Source: Rubripirellula sp. (GTDB lineage Bacteria > Planctomycetota > Planctomycetia > Pirellulales > Pirellulaceae). From it: a DNA stretch of 64,000 nt. The notes under the pieces were generated by a model, which worked only from the letters and a program-made list of their open reading frames with translations, did no database searches and was not told the origin of the DNA. Made by a program: the position numbers and the translations under genes. This document shows, piece by piece, positions 8,011 through 18,291 of this stretch (its first letter is position 1; each line of letters begins with the position of its first letter). Where the stretch lies: positions 4,512,001 through 4,576,000 of the forward strand of contig OZ244207.1 in NCBI GenBank assembly GCA_965216875.1. The letters run 5' to 3'.

Positions 8011-11000
8011 ATGAACCAACCAGAAACCACTCCCAAGCCTTCAAGCGGATCGGGCGGCAAAATCGGGCTGCTGATGTTCCTGGCCGTTCTCGTTGGCGGC
8101 GGCGTGATTGCGTGGATGTCAGGCAAGGGTGGAGGAAATGGGGCGGGACCTGGTGGCGGCGAAGTTGGGGAAAGCCCCATGTTGCTGAAGACGCGTGTCG
8201 CACTTGCCGCCACAGAGAATCTAGCAACTGACGAGGCAAATGACACCTGGAACGAATTGTTTCTGCTCGCGCCTAACGACGATTCGGTGGCGCTTAATCG
8301 CGCGCTCAACCGCGTCCTGCGAGTTGACCAATTGGCTGAGCAAGCCAAAGACGGCTCGGCGACCGAACAAAAACGCAAAGAAGCGAGGATGCTGCTTCCC
8401 GACGCGATCGAGGCGGCCCGAAGTGGAGTCGGTGACTACGCCAAGATGAGCGACGATCCAGTGATCCCGCTCTGGCTCAATAGCCGCGTCGATTTGCACT
8501 ATGCGTCACTCTTGCCGCGGGCGATGACCAAGCCGCGACAAGTCGAAGTCTACAACAAACTTGTCGAAGCGGTGGGAGGTGATGTCGGCAAGTCGGCAAC
8601 ATCGATCATGCTCGCCGGCCCGCTGACCGACGTGCTCTTGCAGCTCGAAGATCCAAACGACGGACTGCCCAAAAATTTGCTGGGATCGGCCGTCAAAACC
8701 CTAACAACACTTTCGGACCAAAACCCCGACAACCTTTTCCTTGCGATTCATGCCGCGCGATTGAACATCGCCAGTGAAAACGCGGCCGCCAAACGACTTG
8801 TTCTGCGCACCCAAGAACTTGCTCAATCGATCGAACCCTCGCTCAGTCGAAAGACCGCACCGATCGGCGTCACCGCTGATGAGCTTGTCAAGAACATCAC
8901 CGATGCCATTGATGCCGGCCAATGGAACGATGCCGTCACCAACATGCAGTATTGGTTCAACGTCTTGAATCCGACCGAACTGGTGAAGACCGATCGCCGA
9001 CGCGCATCCCCCCATCCGCTCGATCGTTTGAGTTTCGAATCGCTGCGCAGACTTTCGGCGGCTGCCGAAAAGGCAACCCCAATCAACAAAGGCAGCAAGA
9101 ACATTTCCTTTGACGCTGTCCCCATCGCAGCAGCAACCGACGTTGCCTTGATTGCGGCGGCTGATTTCGACATCGACCTTGATGACGACTTACTAGGTGT
9201 CAGCGGCAAGCAGCTCACGCTCTGGCGCAATGATGGCGAACATGGCTGGGGCAAAGAATCAGAAACCGAACTCGCCGTGACGCCGAAAGGCATGCTCGTC
9301 GTTGACCTGTTTCGCGTCGGTGAAACGCATCCGGAGTTGATCAAACAAGAAAGCAACATCGAACTCGACGCCGATGGACAACCGGTCAGCCTTGACGGCA
9401 TCTACCGTCACGAAGTCTTTCCGAGCGTGGTCGCATTCGGTGACGATGGCGTTCAAATCATCGGCATCGACGGTCGCCCCTCGACCGCTGCGGAAAAGCG
9501 GTTCCGTCCAGAAACAGGGGAAACGGGGCTCGAAGACGTGAAGGGCGTCTTGGCAGCTTCCGCAGGCGATTTGGAAGGCGACGGAGACCTTGACCTCGTC
9601 TTTGCGACCAAAGAGAACGGGCTACGTCTTTTCGTCAATCGTGATAGCCGAACGTTCTTTGAAGTGACGCATCACGACGGCGGCTTTGATTCCGACGATC
9701 CCGCGACGGCCATCGCGCTGGTGGACATCGACCGCGACCTCGACCTTGATGTGATAACCCTGCACGCGAAAAGCGGGCAAGTCGGTCAGTTGGAAAACCT
9801 GCTGCACCTGCAATTCCGCGGTCGAATGATCAAAGACATCGATCCCATCGCCGGTGCGCACTCGATCGCGATCGCCGATGTCGACAGCAATGTCTCTTGG
9901 GATCTTGTGATCGCGGGCCAGTCAGAGGTGGCGATCGTCTATTCACAGACCGCTGACGCCGGTGTTTGGACCGTCGAACGAACAGAGCGGAGCGAACAAA
10001 CGAGCATGGGACTGTTGTCGGCAGACTTCGACAACGACTCGTGGAACGAACTTGTCGTCACCGGTCAACCAACGCGAGCCAACCGCGTCGGGCCATGGAA
10101 CTTTGACACGTGGCAAACGATCGAAGCCGCCGCGGTTTCGTCAGCCGTTCTGGCCGACATCAACGGCGACGGAAAAGTGGACCTGCTGTCCGTTCAAGGT
10201 GGCAATGCAGTTGCCATGACAAACACCACCGATACCGACGGCAATCACATGATCGTTCGGTTCAAAGGGATCGCGGACAACGCTGCCAATTCGGGACGCG
10301 TCAACCACTATGCGATCGGCAGCGTTCTGGAACTGAGATTTGGACCGCACTACCGCGCTCGCGTGATCGATTCGCCCGCAACTCACTTCGGGCTCGGCGA
10401 CTTTGATCAAGCGACGAGTATTCGCGTGATCCTTCCCAATGGCCTTACGCAAACGATTCGTGATCCCAACGTCAATGCACTGGTTGAAGAAGAACAACGA
10501 CTCAAGGGATCGTGCCCCTACCTTTATGCCTGGGATGGCGAGAAGTTTGTCTTCATGACCGATTGCCTTTGGGCAGCCCCTCTCGGGCTTCAAGTTGCAT
10601 CAGGAGTTGTGGCAAAAGACCGACCATGGGAATACCTGAAGGTCGACGGCCAACACGTCAAACCACGTGACGGCAAATACGAGTTCCGCATCACCGAGGA
10701 ACTTTGGGAGATCGCTTACATCGACAAGCTGGAAATGATCGCGGTGGACCGACCGGCCGACGTCGAGGTTTGGACCAACGAAAAGGTTGGACCTGGTTCG
10801 ATCGCCGAACCAACAATCTTTGCCTTTCGGCCTGACGATTTGCGCCAAGTCGCCAGCGCCAGCGATACCCATGGGCGGGACGTGACCAAGACGCTCGCAA
10901 GCCAAGACAAAGACTTTGTCCAAGGTTTTGATCGCAGGATCCGCCAAGGACTTTGCAAACCACACTGGATCGATGTCGACTTTGGCGATTCACCTGTCGA

Positions 11001-11856
11001 CCCGAAAGAGAACAAGGTCTATCTGGTTTTGACCGGCTGGATCTTGCCGACGGACACATCACTGAACATCCAGATCGACCAAAACCCTGAACTGCCACCG
11101 ATCGAATTTCCTTCGGTTTGGGTTCCCGATGCGAATGCCGAGGATGGTTGGCGCAAAGCGATTCCCTACATGGGCTTCCCGGGCGGTAAAACCAAAACGA
11201 TTGTCGTTGACGTGACGGATGTGGTCGTCGCCGATGACCCGAGATTCCGCATTCGCACCTCGGCCCAGATCTACTGGGACAGCGCCAAACTTGCGGTGCA
11301 AAACGAGCCACCCGCGATCAACACCCACGCACTCGAACTGTTATCGGCAGATGTCGACTACCACGGTTACTCGCGGCGAATCGAAGGCGAGCGTCGCCAG
11401 CCCGAATCGTACGACTACGCCCAACCGGGGCTCGACCCAATCTGGCCGCCACTTCGCGGTCCGTTGACCGACTTTGGCCCCTGCTTGCCACAACTGTCTG
11501 AGTGGGACGATTCGATGATCGTCTTCGGGGCGGGTGATGAGGTTCGATTCAGCGTCTCGCTGCCCGAAACACCGGTGCCCGAAGGCTGGAAACGCGATTT
11601 CATCCTGCACTGCGTTGGCTGGGACAAGGACGCCGACCTGAACACGCTGACGGGTCAAACCACCGGGCCGATGCCGTTTCGAGCGATGGATGAATACCCG
11701 CCGACGGCGGCACAATCGGAATTATCGACTGCAGCCGAACAGCAAAACGCGATACATCGCCGCAGACACCAAGCATTCCGTGCCTTTTGGAGACGAGATC
11801 AAGAATCATCTATGGATCGGTTTCATGACGCAGCCAAACGCGGTTTAGTCCAGTAG
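8011..11856 (+). CDS. membrane-anchored CRTAC1-family protein (FG-GAP repeats, ASPIC/UnbV domain, large C-terminal domain)
   Basis: N-terminal TM helix; DxDxDGxxD-type repeats (DLEGDGDLD, DIDRDLDLD, DINGDGKVD); AIGSVLEL..HFGLG..PNG; KGSCPYLYAWDG C-terminal domain. Confidence 0.85.
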   Translation: MNQPETTPKPSSGSGGKIGLLMFLAVLVGGGVIAWMSGKGGGNGAGPGGGEVGESPMLLKTRVALAATENLATDEANDTWNELFLLAPNDDSVALNRALNRVLRVDQLAEQAKDGSATEQKRKEARMLLPDAIEAARSGVGDYAKMSDDPVIPLWLNSRVDLHYASLLPRAMTKPRQVEVYNKLVEAVGGDVGKSATSIMLAGPLTDVLLQLEDPNDGLPKNLLGSAVKTLTTLSDQNPDNLFLAIHAARLNIASENAAAKRLVLRTQELAQSIEPSLSRKTAPIGVTADELVKNITDAIDAGQWNDAVTNMQYWFNVLNPTELVKTDRRRASPHPLDRLSFESLRRLSAAAEKATPINKGSKNISFDAVPIAAATDVALIAAADFDIDLDDDLLGVSGKQLTLWRNDGEHGWGKESETELAVTPKGMLVVDLFRVGETHPELIKQESNIELDADGQPVSLDGIYRHEVFPSVVAFGDDGVQIIGIDGRPSTAAEKRFRPETGETGLEDVKGVLAASAGDLEGDGDLDLVFATKENGLRLFVNRDSRTFFEVTHHDGGFDSDDPATAIALVDIDRDLDLDVITLHAKSGQVGQLENLLHLQFRGRMIKDIDPIAGAHSIAIADVDSNVSWDLVIAGQSEVAIVYSQTADAGVWTVERTERSEQTSMGLLSADFDNDSWNELVVTGQPTRANRVGPWNFDTWQTIEAAAVSSAVLADINGDGKVDLLSVQGGNAVAMTNTTDTDGNHMIVRFKGIADNAANSGRVNHYAIGSVLELRFGPHYRARVIDSPATHFGLGDFDQATSIRVILPNGLTQTIRDPNVNALVEEEQRLKGSCPYLYAWDGEKFVFMTDCLWAAPLGLQVASGVVAKDRPWEYLKVDGQHVKPRDGKYEFRITEELWEIAYIDKLEMIAVDRPADVEVWTNEKVGPGSIAEPTIFAFRPDDLRQVASASDTHGRDVTKTLASQDKDFVQGFDRRIRQGLCKPHWIDVDFGDSPVDPKENKVYLVLTGWILPTDTSLNIQIDQNPELPPIEFPSVWVPDANAEDGWRKAIPYMGFPGGKTKTIVVDVTDVVVADDPRFRIRTSAQIYWDSAKLAVQNEPPAINTHALELLSADVDYHGYSRRIEGERRQPESYDYAQPGLDPIWPPLRGPLTDFGPCLPQLSEWDDSMIVFGAGDEVRFSVSLPETPVPEGWKRDFILHCVGWDKDADLNTLTGQTTGPMPFRAMDEYPPTAAQSELSTAAEQQNAIHRRRHQAFRAFWRRDQESSMDRFHDAAKRGLVQ

Positions 11857-12032
11857 CTTGCCGCTGAGTGAATGGGTTGGTCGGCCCGACGACTCGGGAC
11901 CACGACGAAACCACCCCGAAGCAGGGAAGAAGAATTCTGCTTTGCGGGTCGGTTTCGGCTCGATTCGACCAAACAAAACCAAAGCGGGCTGCGTCTTAAC
12001 TGGATCATCATCCATTCATTGATTCCCTGTCC

Positions 12033-14897
12033 ATGTCTTCTCCTGAACCTGCAGCTGGTGGTGAAGGTACGCCGCCGGTCAAGAAAAAACCTCCCATCCG
12101 CCCCGTCACACCACGTCTGCGCGTCGTCCTTTACGTCGTGCTGATCCTCTTTGGTGCGCTTGCGGCCAATGGTCTTTACCTCACGTCGATCACTTGGCTC
12201 CAGTACTTCTCGGGCCAAATCTACGAAGATCACTTCTATCAATTGATGTTCCTTGGCCACCTCGGCCTGGGACTGCTCTTGATCGTCCCGACCGTTTTGT
12301 TTGGCTTCGTACATATGTGGCGAGCCAAGAATCGGCGCAACCGCCGCGCCGTCAAGATTGGCTACGGGCTACTCGCGATCGCAATTGCGATTTTGATCAG
12401 CGGTCTGCTGTTGATGCGAGTTGGCTCACTCAACATCGTCAATCCAGGGACACGGAGTGTCGTCTATTGGATGCACATCCTTTCGCCGCTGCTTGCGATC
12501 TGGTTGTACTGGCTTCACCGCCTTGTCGGTCCACGCATCAAATGGCACATCGGTCGCCGAGTTGGCTTGGCAACCGCCGGCTTTGTTGCCGTGATGGTTG
12601 CATTCCAAGCTTCCGACCCAAGGCGTAGCCACGAAAAGGCTCCCGACGGCTACTTCCAACCGTCGCTGGCACAAACGGCAACGGGCGACTTCTTGGCCGT
12701 CGAAACGATCATGAATGACGAATACTGTTTGAAGTGTCACCAAGACATTCACAACAGTTGGTTCCACAGCGCTCACAAGATGAGCAGCTTCAACAACCCA
12801 GCCTACAGGGCGTCTGTCCGAGAGACTCGCAAAGTCGCAAACGACCGCGCCGGCAATGTGCAAGCTTCACGCTGGTGCGCCGGGTGCCACGACCCCGTAC
12901 CATTCTTCACGGGCAAGTTCGACGATCCAAACTATGACGACGTCGGTGACGAAACCGCTCATGCCGGTATCACTTGCACGGCCTGCCATGCGATTCAATC
13001 GGTCGACTCGCACATCGGCAACGCCGATTACACGATTGACGAGCCGCAACATTACCCGTTTGCCTACAGCAAGAACCGATTGCTCCAATCGCTGAACGAA
13101 TTGATGGTGAAAGCAAAACCATCCTTCCACAAACACGAGATGCTCAAGCCGTTCCACAAGACCGCCGAGTTTTGTGGGACATGCCACAAGGTCAGTCTGC
13201 CGGGCGAAGTGACGGCGTACAAAGATTGGTTGCGTGGACAAAACCACTACGACAGCTACCTGCTCAGTGGTGTTTCGGGCCACGGTGCAAGCAGTTTCTA
13301 TTATCCGCCGCACGCCCAAGGAAACTGCAACGAGTGCCACATGCCCGCACTCGCGACCGACGAATTCGGAGCAAAGTACAACGAAGAGATTGGCGGCCTC
13401 GCCGTCCACGACCATCGTTTTCCAAGTGCAAACTCAGCCATCAGCTATTGGCTTGGCGACAAGGAAGGCATCGAGCGGCACCGCAAGTTCTTGAAAAACA
13501 ACTTGCGTGTCGATCTGTTCGGGCTTCGCGAGGACGCTGCGTTTGACGGCGAATTGACTGCCCCGCTCGGTGACCATGCCCAGGTCGAACCTGGCAAGAG
13601 CTACTTGGTCGAGACTGTTTTGCGAACGATGACCTTGGGCCATCACTTCACTCAAGGCACCACCGACTCGAATGAGATTTGGGTCGAGATGACGGCCAAA
13701 GTTGGCGACAAAGTGATTGGCAAGAGCGGTCACCGCGACGAACAGGAGGCGGTCGACCCGTGGTCGCATTTCGTTAATACGTTCATGCTCGATCGCGAGG
13801 GTAACCGCATCAATCGGCGTAATGCCCAGAACATTTTCACGCCACTTTACAGTCACCAAATCCCACCTGGTGCAGGACAGACGATTCATTACCGATTGGA
13901 TGTCCCCGAAGACTTAGACCAACCGATCGAAATCACCGCACGTCTGTTGTATCGAAAGTTTGACACCGAATACCTCGACTACATTCGTCGCGACCGCGAT
14001 CCTGCAGTCGAGAAGATTGACGTTGGCAAACCGGGCGACCCCAACGATTTGCCCATCATCGAAATCTCGAGCGACACACTCACCCTTTCGACCACCGCGC
14101 CGACCGAAGAGCAAATGGGATCCGAAATCCCCGAGTGGCAACGTTGGAACGACTACGGGATCGGTTTGCTGCTGAAAGGAAAAGCGGAACTCAAACAAGC
14201 CGCTGCGGCGTTTGCCAAAGTGGAGCAACTCGGTCGTTTTGACGGGCCGATCAACCTTGCTCGTGTTCAATTCACCGAGGGCAACTTGAGCGCGGCGACT
14301 CAAGCGCTTGCACGCGCAAAAGAGATGGACCCGCCACCGCCCACATGGACACACGGCTGGCTCAGCGGCATGGTCAATCGCCAACAAGGCAACCTCAAGG
14401 AAGCGGCTGAATCGCTTCGCGGTGTGCTGGGAACCAAAGTCCCCAGTCGCGGCTTCGATTTCTCGCTCGACTACCGCGTCCGCAACCTGCTCGGATCGAC
14501 GCTGATCGACTTGGCCGAACAGGCCGAAGTGATGGGTGACGAACCCAAGTCGAAAGAGCTTCTCGACGATGCTCAGGCACAGTTTGAAGAAGTGTTGACA
14601 GTCGATTCAGAAAACCTGAAAGCCCACAACAACTTGGCGATCATTTTCGGAATGCGTGGCGACAAAGAACGCGAAACGCATCACCGGGAATTGCACGCCA
14701 AGTACAAACCGGACAACAACGCTGCCGAACTCGCCATCCCCGAGGCTCGACGGCGTTACCCGGCGGCCAATCATGCTGCCGAAAAACTGGTGATCTACGA
14801 TTTGCATCGCCAGCAACGCGAATCGGAAACCACCGCAAAATCCGATTCCGAATCCAATTCTGCACCCGACGACCGCCAAGCCAACTTGCGACCATGA
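12033..14897 (+). CDS. membrane-bound pentaheme c-type cytochrome with C-terminal TPR-like repeats
   Basis: five CxxCH motifs (CLKCH, CAGCH, CTACH, CGTCH, CNECH); about five N-terminal hydrophobic helices; TPR-like C-terminus (WNDYGIGLL, AHNNLAIIF). Confidence 0.88.
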   Translation: MSSPEPAAGGEGTPPVKKKPPIRPVTPRLRVVLYVVLILFGALAANGLYLTSITWLQYFSGQIYEDHFYQLMFLGHLGLGLLLIVPTVLFGFVHMWRAKNRRNRRAVKIGYGLLAIAIAILISGLLLMRVGSLNIVNPGTRSVVYWMHILSPLLAIWLYWLHRLVGPRIKWHIGRRVGLATAGFVAVMVAFQASDPRRSHEKAPDGYFQPSLAQTATGDFLAVETIMNDEYCLKCHQDIHNSWFHSAHKMSSFNNPAYRASVRETRKVANDRAGNVQASRWCAGCHDPVPFFTGKFDDPNYDDVGDETAHAGITCTACHAIQSVDSHIGNADYTIDEPQHYPFAYSKNRLLQSLNELMVKAKPSFHKHEMLKPFHKTAEFCGTCHKVSLPGEVTAYKDWLRGQNHYDSYLLSGVSGHGASSFYYPPHAQGNCNECHMPALATDEFGAKYNEEIGGLAVHDHRFPSANSAISYWLGDKEGIERHRKFLKNNLRVDLFGLREDAAFDGELTAPLGDHAQVEPGKSYLVETVLRTMTLGHHFTQGTTDSNEIWVEMTAKVGDKVIGKSGHRDEQEAVDPWSHFVNTFMLDREGNRINRRNAQNIFTPLYSHQIPPGAGQTIHYRLDVPEDLDQPIEITARLLYRKFDTEYLDYIRRDRDPAVEKIDVGKPGDPNDLPIIEISSDTLTLSTTAPTEEQMGSEIPEWQRWNDYGIGLLLKGKAELKQAAAAFAKVEQLGRFDGPINLARVQFTEGNLSAATQALARAKEMDPPPPTWTHGWLSGMVNRQQGNLKEAAESLRGVLGTKVPSRGFDFSLDYRVRNLLGSTLIDLAEQAEVMGDEPKSKELLDDAQAQFEEVLTVDSENLKAHNNLAIIFGMRGDKERETHHRELHAKYKPDNNAAELAIPEARRRYPAANHAAEKLVIYDLHRQQRESETTAKSDSESNSAPDDRQANLRP

Positions 14898-16741
14898 CCG
14901 AAACGCCTTCACCCGAGCATCACGATTCGGAAGATGTCGAAAATGATGCCGTGATCGGAAAGGCCTTTCGGGCTTCGCTGATCGTCTTTGTCCTTGGCGC
15001 CATCCCCGTCATCGGCATCTTGATCTACTTGAACGCGACCAAGGAAGAAGAAAAATCAACCGAGGTCGAGCAAGTCACGATCCCGATGGATCGCGAGGTA
15101 GACGAAACTCCCGACCTGCCCATGGCCGATGTGACCGAACCATCGGGCATCGAATTTATTCACGAGACGGGTCGCTATGGAGACAAGTTGCTTCCCGAGA
15201 CGATGGGCGGCGGCGTCGCGGTGTTTGATTACAACGGCGATGGTCACCAAGACATCTTGTTCGTCAACTCAAGCCGTTGGCCTTGGGATACCGACAACGC
15301 TGGCGAATCTCCCTGCAAACTCTTCAAAGGGGACGGCAAGCTTGGCTTCACCGACGTCTCGGAAGAAGCGGGAATCGACATCACGCTCTACGGAATGGGA
15401 ATCGCCGTTGGTGACTTTGACAACGACGGTGATTGCGATCTGTTTCTTTCCGCCGTTGGCAAGAACCGTCTGCTTCGCAACGACGAAGGCAAGTTTGTTG
15501 ACATCACCGACACCTCGGGTGCCGGGGGAAGCGACGAAGACTGGAGCACAAGTTGCGGGTTCCTCGATTACGACAACGATGGGTTGCTTGACCTGTTCGT
15601 TTGCAACTACGTGACGTGGAGCAAAGAGGAAGACCTCTCGCAGTTCCACACGCTCGATGGCGAAAATCGAGCCTACGGTCCGCCGATTGCCTTTGGCGGA
15701 TCCTATTCTCAGCTCTTGCACAACGAAGGTGACGGAACCTTCAAGGATGTGTCAGAGACGGCTGGTATTCAAATTCGAAACGAAGCGACCGACGTTCCAC
15801 TCGGCAAGGGCATGGGGCTGGCGCCCGTTGACGTCGATGGCGACGGATGGATCGACTTGATCGTGGCCAACGACACCGTTCGCAATTTCCTGTTCCACAA
15901 CAACCAAGACGGAACGTTCAGCGAAATTGGCCGGGTGTCGGGGATCGCATTTGACCGCGAAAGTGGCAACGCGCGTGGTGCCATGGGCATCGACGCTTCC
16001 GTCTTTCGAGATGATGGCACACTTGCGATCGGCATTGGCAACTTTGCAAACGAATCGAGCGCGCTGTACATGGCCAAACCGGGACGCACTCAATTCATCG
16101 ACGCAGCGATGTATACCGGCTTTGGGCCGCCGACGCGTCAAGGTTTGACCTTCGGCCTCTTCTTTTTCGATGTCGATCTCGACAGCCGCCTTGATGTCTT
16201 TGGAGCCAACGGGCATCTCGAAGAAGAGATTTCGAAAACGCAAAGCAGTCAACGATACGCTCAACCACCACAACTGTTCTGGAACGCGGGACGCGGCGCC
16301 GCGAGCGAACTGGTTCAAGTTGGCGAAGACAAAACCGGCTCTGAGTTTGTTCAACCGATCGTCGGTCGCGGTGCTGCCCACGGCGACTTTGACGGTGACG
16401 GTGACCAAGATATCGTCGTTGCCGTCAGCGGTGGTCAGCCAAAGGTCTTTCGCAATGACCAAGCGGTGGGTCATCATTGGTTGCGTGTTCGCCTGGTTGG
16501 CAAATCTTCCAACCGGGACGCGATCGGCGCCATCGTCGAACTCCAGCACGGCGACCGAGTTCTGAAACGAATGGTGATGCCGACAAGCAGCTACCTGAGC
16601 CAGAGCGAACGAGAAGTCACCTTCGGACTCGGCGAAACTGCCGAAGTCTCTGAAGTCACCGTGACTTGGCCAGGCGGCGAAAAGGAAGTCTTTCAAGTCG
16701 ACGGAATCGACCAAACGATCGAGCTGACTCAAAGCAAGTAG
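14894..16741 (+). CDS. CRTAC1-family protein (FG-GAP/VCBS repeats plus ASPIC/UnbV)
   Basis: ATGA overlap with the cytochrome gene; one TM helix; ETMGGGVAVFDYNGDG, GDFDNDGD, DYDNDGLLD, RGAAHGDFDGDGD, NRDAIGA..SYLSQSE..FGLG..WPGG. Confidence 0.9.
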   Translation: MTETPSPEHHDSEDVENDAVIGKAFRASLIVFVLGAIPVIGILIYLNATKEEEKSTEVEQVTIPMDREVDETPDLPMADVTEPSGIEFIHETGRYGDKLLPETMGGGVAVFDYNGDGHQDILFVNSSRWPWDTDNAGESPCKLFKGDGKLGFTDVSEEAGIDITLYGMGIAVGDFDNDGDCDLFLSAVGKNRLLRNDEGKFVDITDTSGAGGSDEDWSTSCGFLDYDNDGLLDLFVCNYVTWSKEEDLSQFHTLDGENRAYGPPIAFGGSYSQLLHNEGDGTFKDVSETAGIQIRNEATDVPLGKGMGLAPVDVDGDGWIDLIVANDTVRNFLFHNNQDGTFSEIGRVSGIAFDRESGNARGAMGIDASVFRDDGTLAIGIGNFANESSALYMAKPGRTQFIDAAMYTGFGPPTRQGLTFGLFFFDVDLDSRLDVFGANGHLEEEISKTQSSQRYAQPPQLFWNAGRGAASELVQVGEDKTGSEFVQPIVGRGAAHGDFDGDGDQDIVVAVSGGQPKVFRNDQAVGHHWLRVRLVGKSSNRDAIGAIVELQHGDRVLKRMVMPTSSYLSQSEREVTFGLGETAEVSEVTVTWPGGEKEVFQVDGIDQTIELTQSK

Positions 16742-16783
16742 CGAGCGTTCAACGCACGCGGACGTCTGCCAAACGAGAAACCG

Positions 16784-18097
16784 CTACGCAAGAAACTCGG
16801 TATTGGACACCGAGGGCTTTGCGTAACTGAGATGTGCTTTGGCGCTCAGACGATAGCTCCCGCGTTGGACGAGCAGTAGTCCACCATCGTCCTCCCCTTC
16901 GGGCGACAACGTGCTGACCACCTGCGAGAACGACTGAACGAATTTGAGCCTCACGGTCTGCAACACTTCTTGTGCGGACTCGATCTGATCTTGCCTTGCC
17001 GCGGTATTGTCCACCACTGGCGGTTTCACTTCCACAACATTGTCTTCAGGCTGTGCTGCTGACTCTGCCGTCGGCTGCGTCGATGCAGTTGCCTCGACAT
17101 CGTCGTCGTCATCACCATCGACTTCGTCAGCATCATCGACATCGTCCGTTTCGACTTCCGCGACTTCGGCTTGAGCCACAGGGACAACAGGCTCCAGTTG
17201 GATCTCGACGGGCTCCGCTTGGTCTTCAGCCGACGCATCTGGAGTCGGCAAACCGAACACTTCGCCAGCGCCGTTGTCTTCTGTGCCGTTGTCCTCTGCA
17301 ATGGGTTCAACGTCGATCGCGACTGGCACCACTTCCACATCGTCTGACGGAACTGGAGTTGGCAGGCCAAACACCTCACCCGCGCCATCGCTTACTGGCA
17401 AGGGGTTCGGTAAAGCATCAACGACGTTTTGATCGGGTGTTGGGAGTCCAAACACTTGCTGTCCCGACGCAGAGTCGTCACCGCCAAAGGCGTCGAGCAA
17501 CGAATTGAATCCTTCGAGCACTGTGTTGATCAGGGTGTCGGCATCGACAGTCCCATCATCTGTAAAATCGGCAACCACACCTTCGACGACATTCAAGAAT
17601 GCGTCGAGCGGATTGGCTTGATCGTCTCCCAGGTTTTCGGTCAACGACGAAAGCCCGCCGGCAACATCCTCTTGCAGCAATTTGAACTGCAGCTTGACTT
17701 TGGTTTTGACCGCGATGTCACCATTTTCGTCTTGGACGATCGATTGTTTGATGCGTGCGCGGGCTTTCAACTGAAGACGCTGGCCGTCTGCGGTTTCCAG
17801 TTCGTACTTGAAATTCAACCGCGTCTTGCTGACCGCACGCGTCGAACCGTCTTCGTTGACGCGAACGCGTGTTTTGTTGCGCACCTTTAACGACAGGTTT
17901 GCCGCCGACGAAATCTGCAATGAATCACCATCGTCAACTCCGTCGCGCCGTGACAGTTCGGCGCTGCGATGACGTAGTGAGAGCGATAACGACTCACGTC
18001 GCCGGTGAGTCGCCTGTGAGTCGTGACCTTGATCGATGCGACCGAAATGGCCCTTCGCAAGGTTTTGAAACGAATTGGCAAGAATTCTGCTGACCAT
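16784..18097 (-). CDS. hypothetical protein with basic N-half and very acidic low-complexity C-half
   Basis: long ORF, likely start ATG 18097; three VFGLPTP repeats and a D/E-rich linker; no family recognised. Confidence 0.7.
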   Translation of the reverse strand: MVSRILANSFQNLAKGHFGRIDQGHDSQATHRRRESLSLSLRHRSAELSRRDGVDDGDSLQISSAANLSLKVRNKTRVRVNEDGSTRAVSKTRLNFKYELETADGQRLQLKARARIKQSIVQDENGDIAVKTKVKLQFKLLQEDVAGGLSSLTENLGDDQANPLDAFLNVVEGVVADFTDDGTVDADTLINTVLEGFNSLLDAFGGDDSASGQQVFGLPTPDQNVVDALPNPLPVSDGAGEVFGLPTPVPSDDVEVVPVAIDVEPIAEDNGTEDNGAGEVFGLPTPDASAEDQAEPVEIQLEPVVPVAQAEVAEVETDDVDDADEVDGDDDDDVEATASTQPTAESAAQPEDNVVEVKPPVVDNTAARQDQIESAQEVLQTVRLKFVQSFSQVVSTLSPEGEDDGGLLLVQRGSYRLSAKAHLSYAKPSVSNTEFLA

Positions 18098-18291
18098 CAC
18101 CCAGTGCCCCCAGGAAAGGTGAAAGGTGTGGTAGCGTCCCAACTTAACTGCGCTGTTTCACACCTGAACCGAGAGGATCGCCCCTCTGTGAGAGGATCGA
18201 ATCTTCAGTACACAGAATTCTTGGCAAACGTCCGAAACTGCGGCGAATCATCACCGCGTGGTCCGAACAGTCAACGCACGCGTCATAACCG

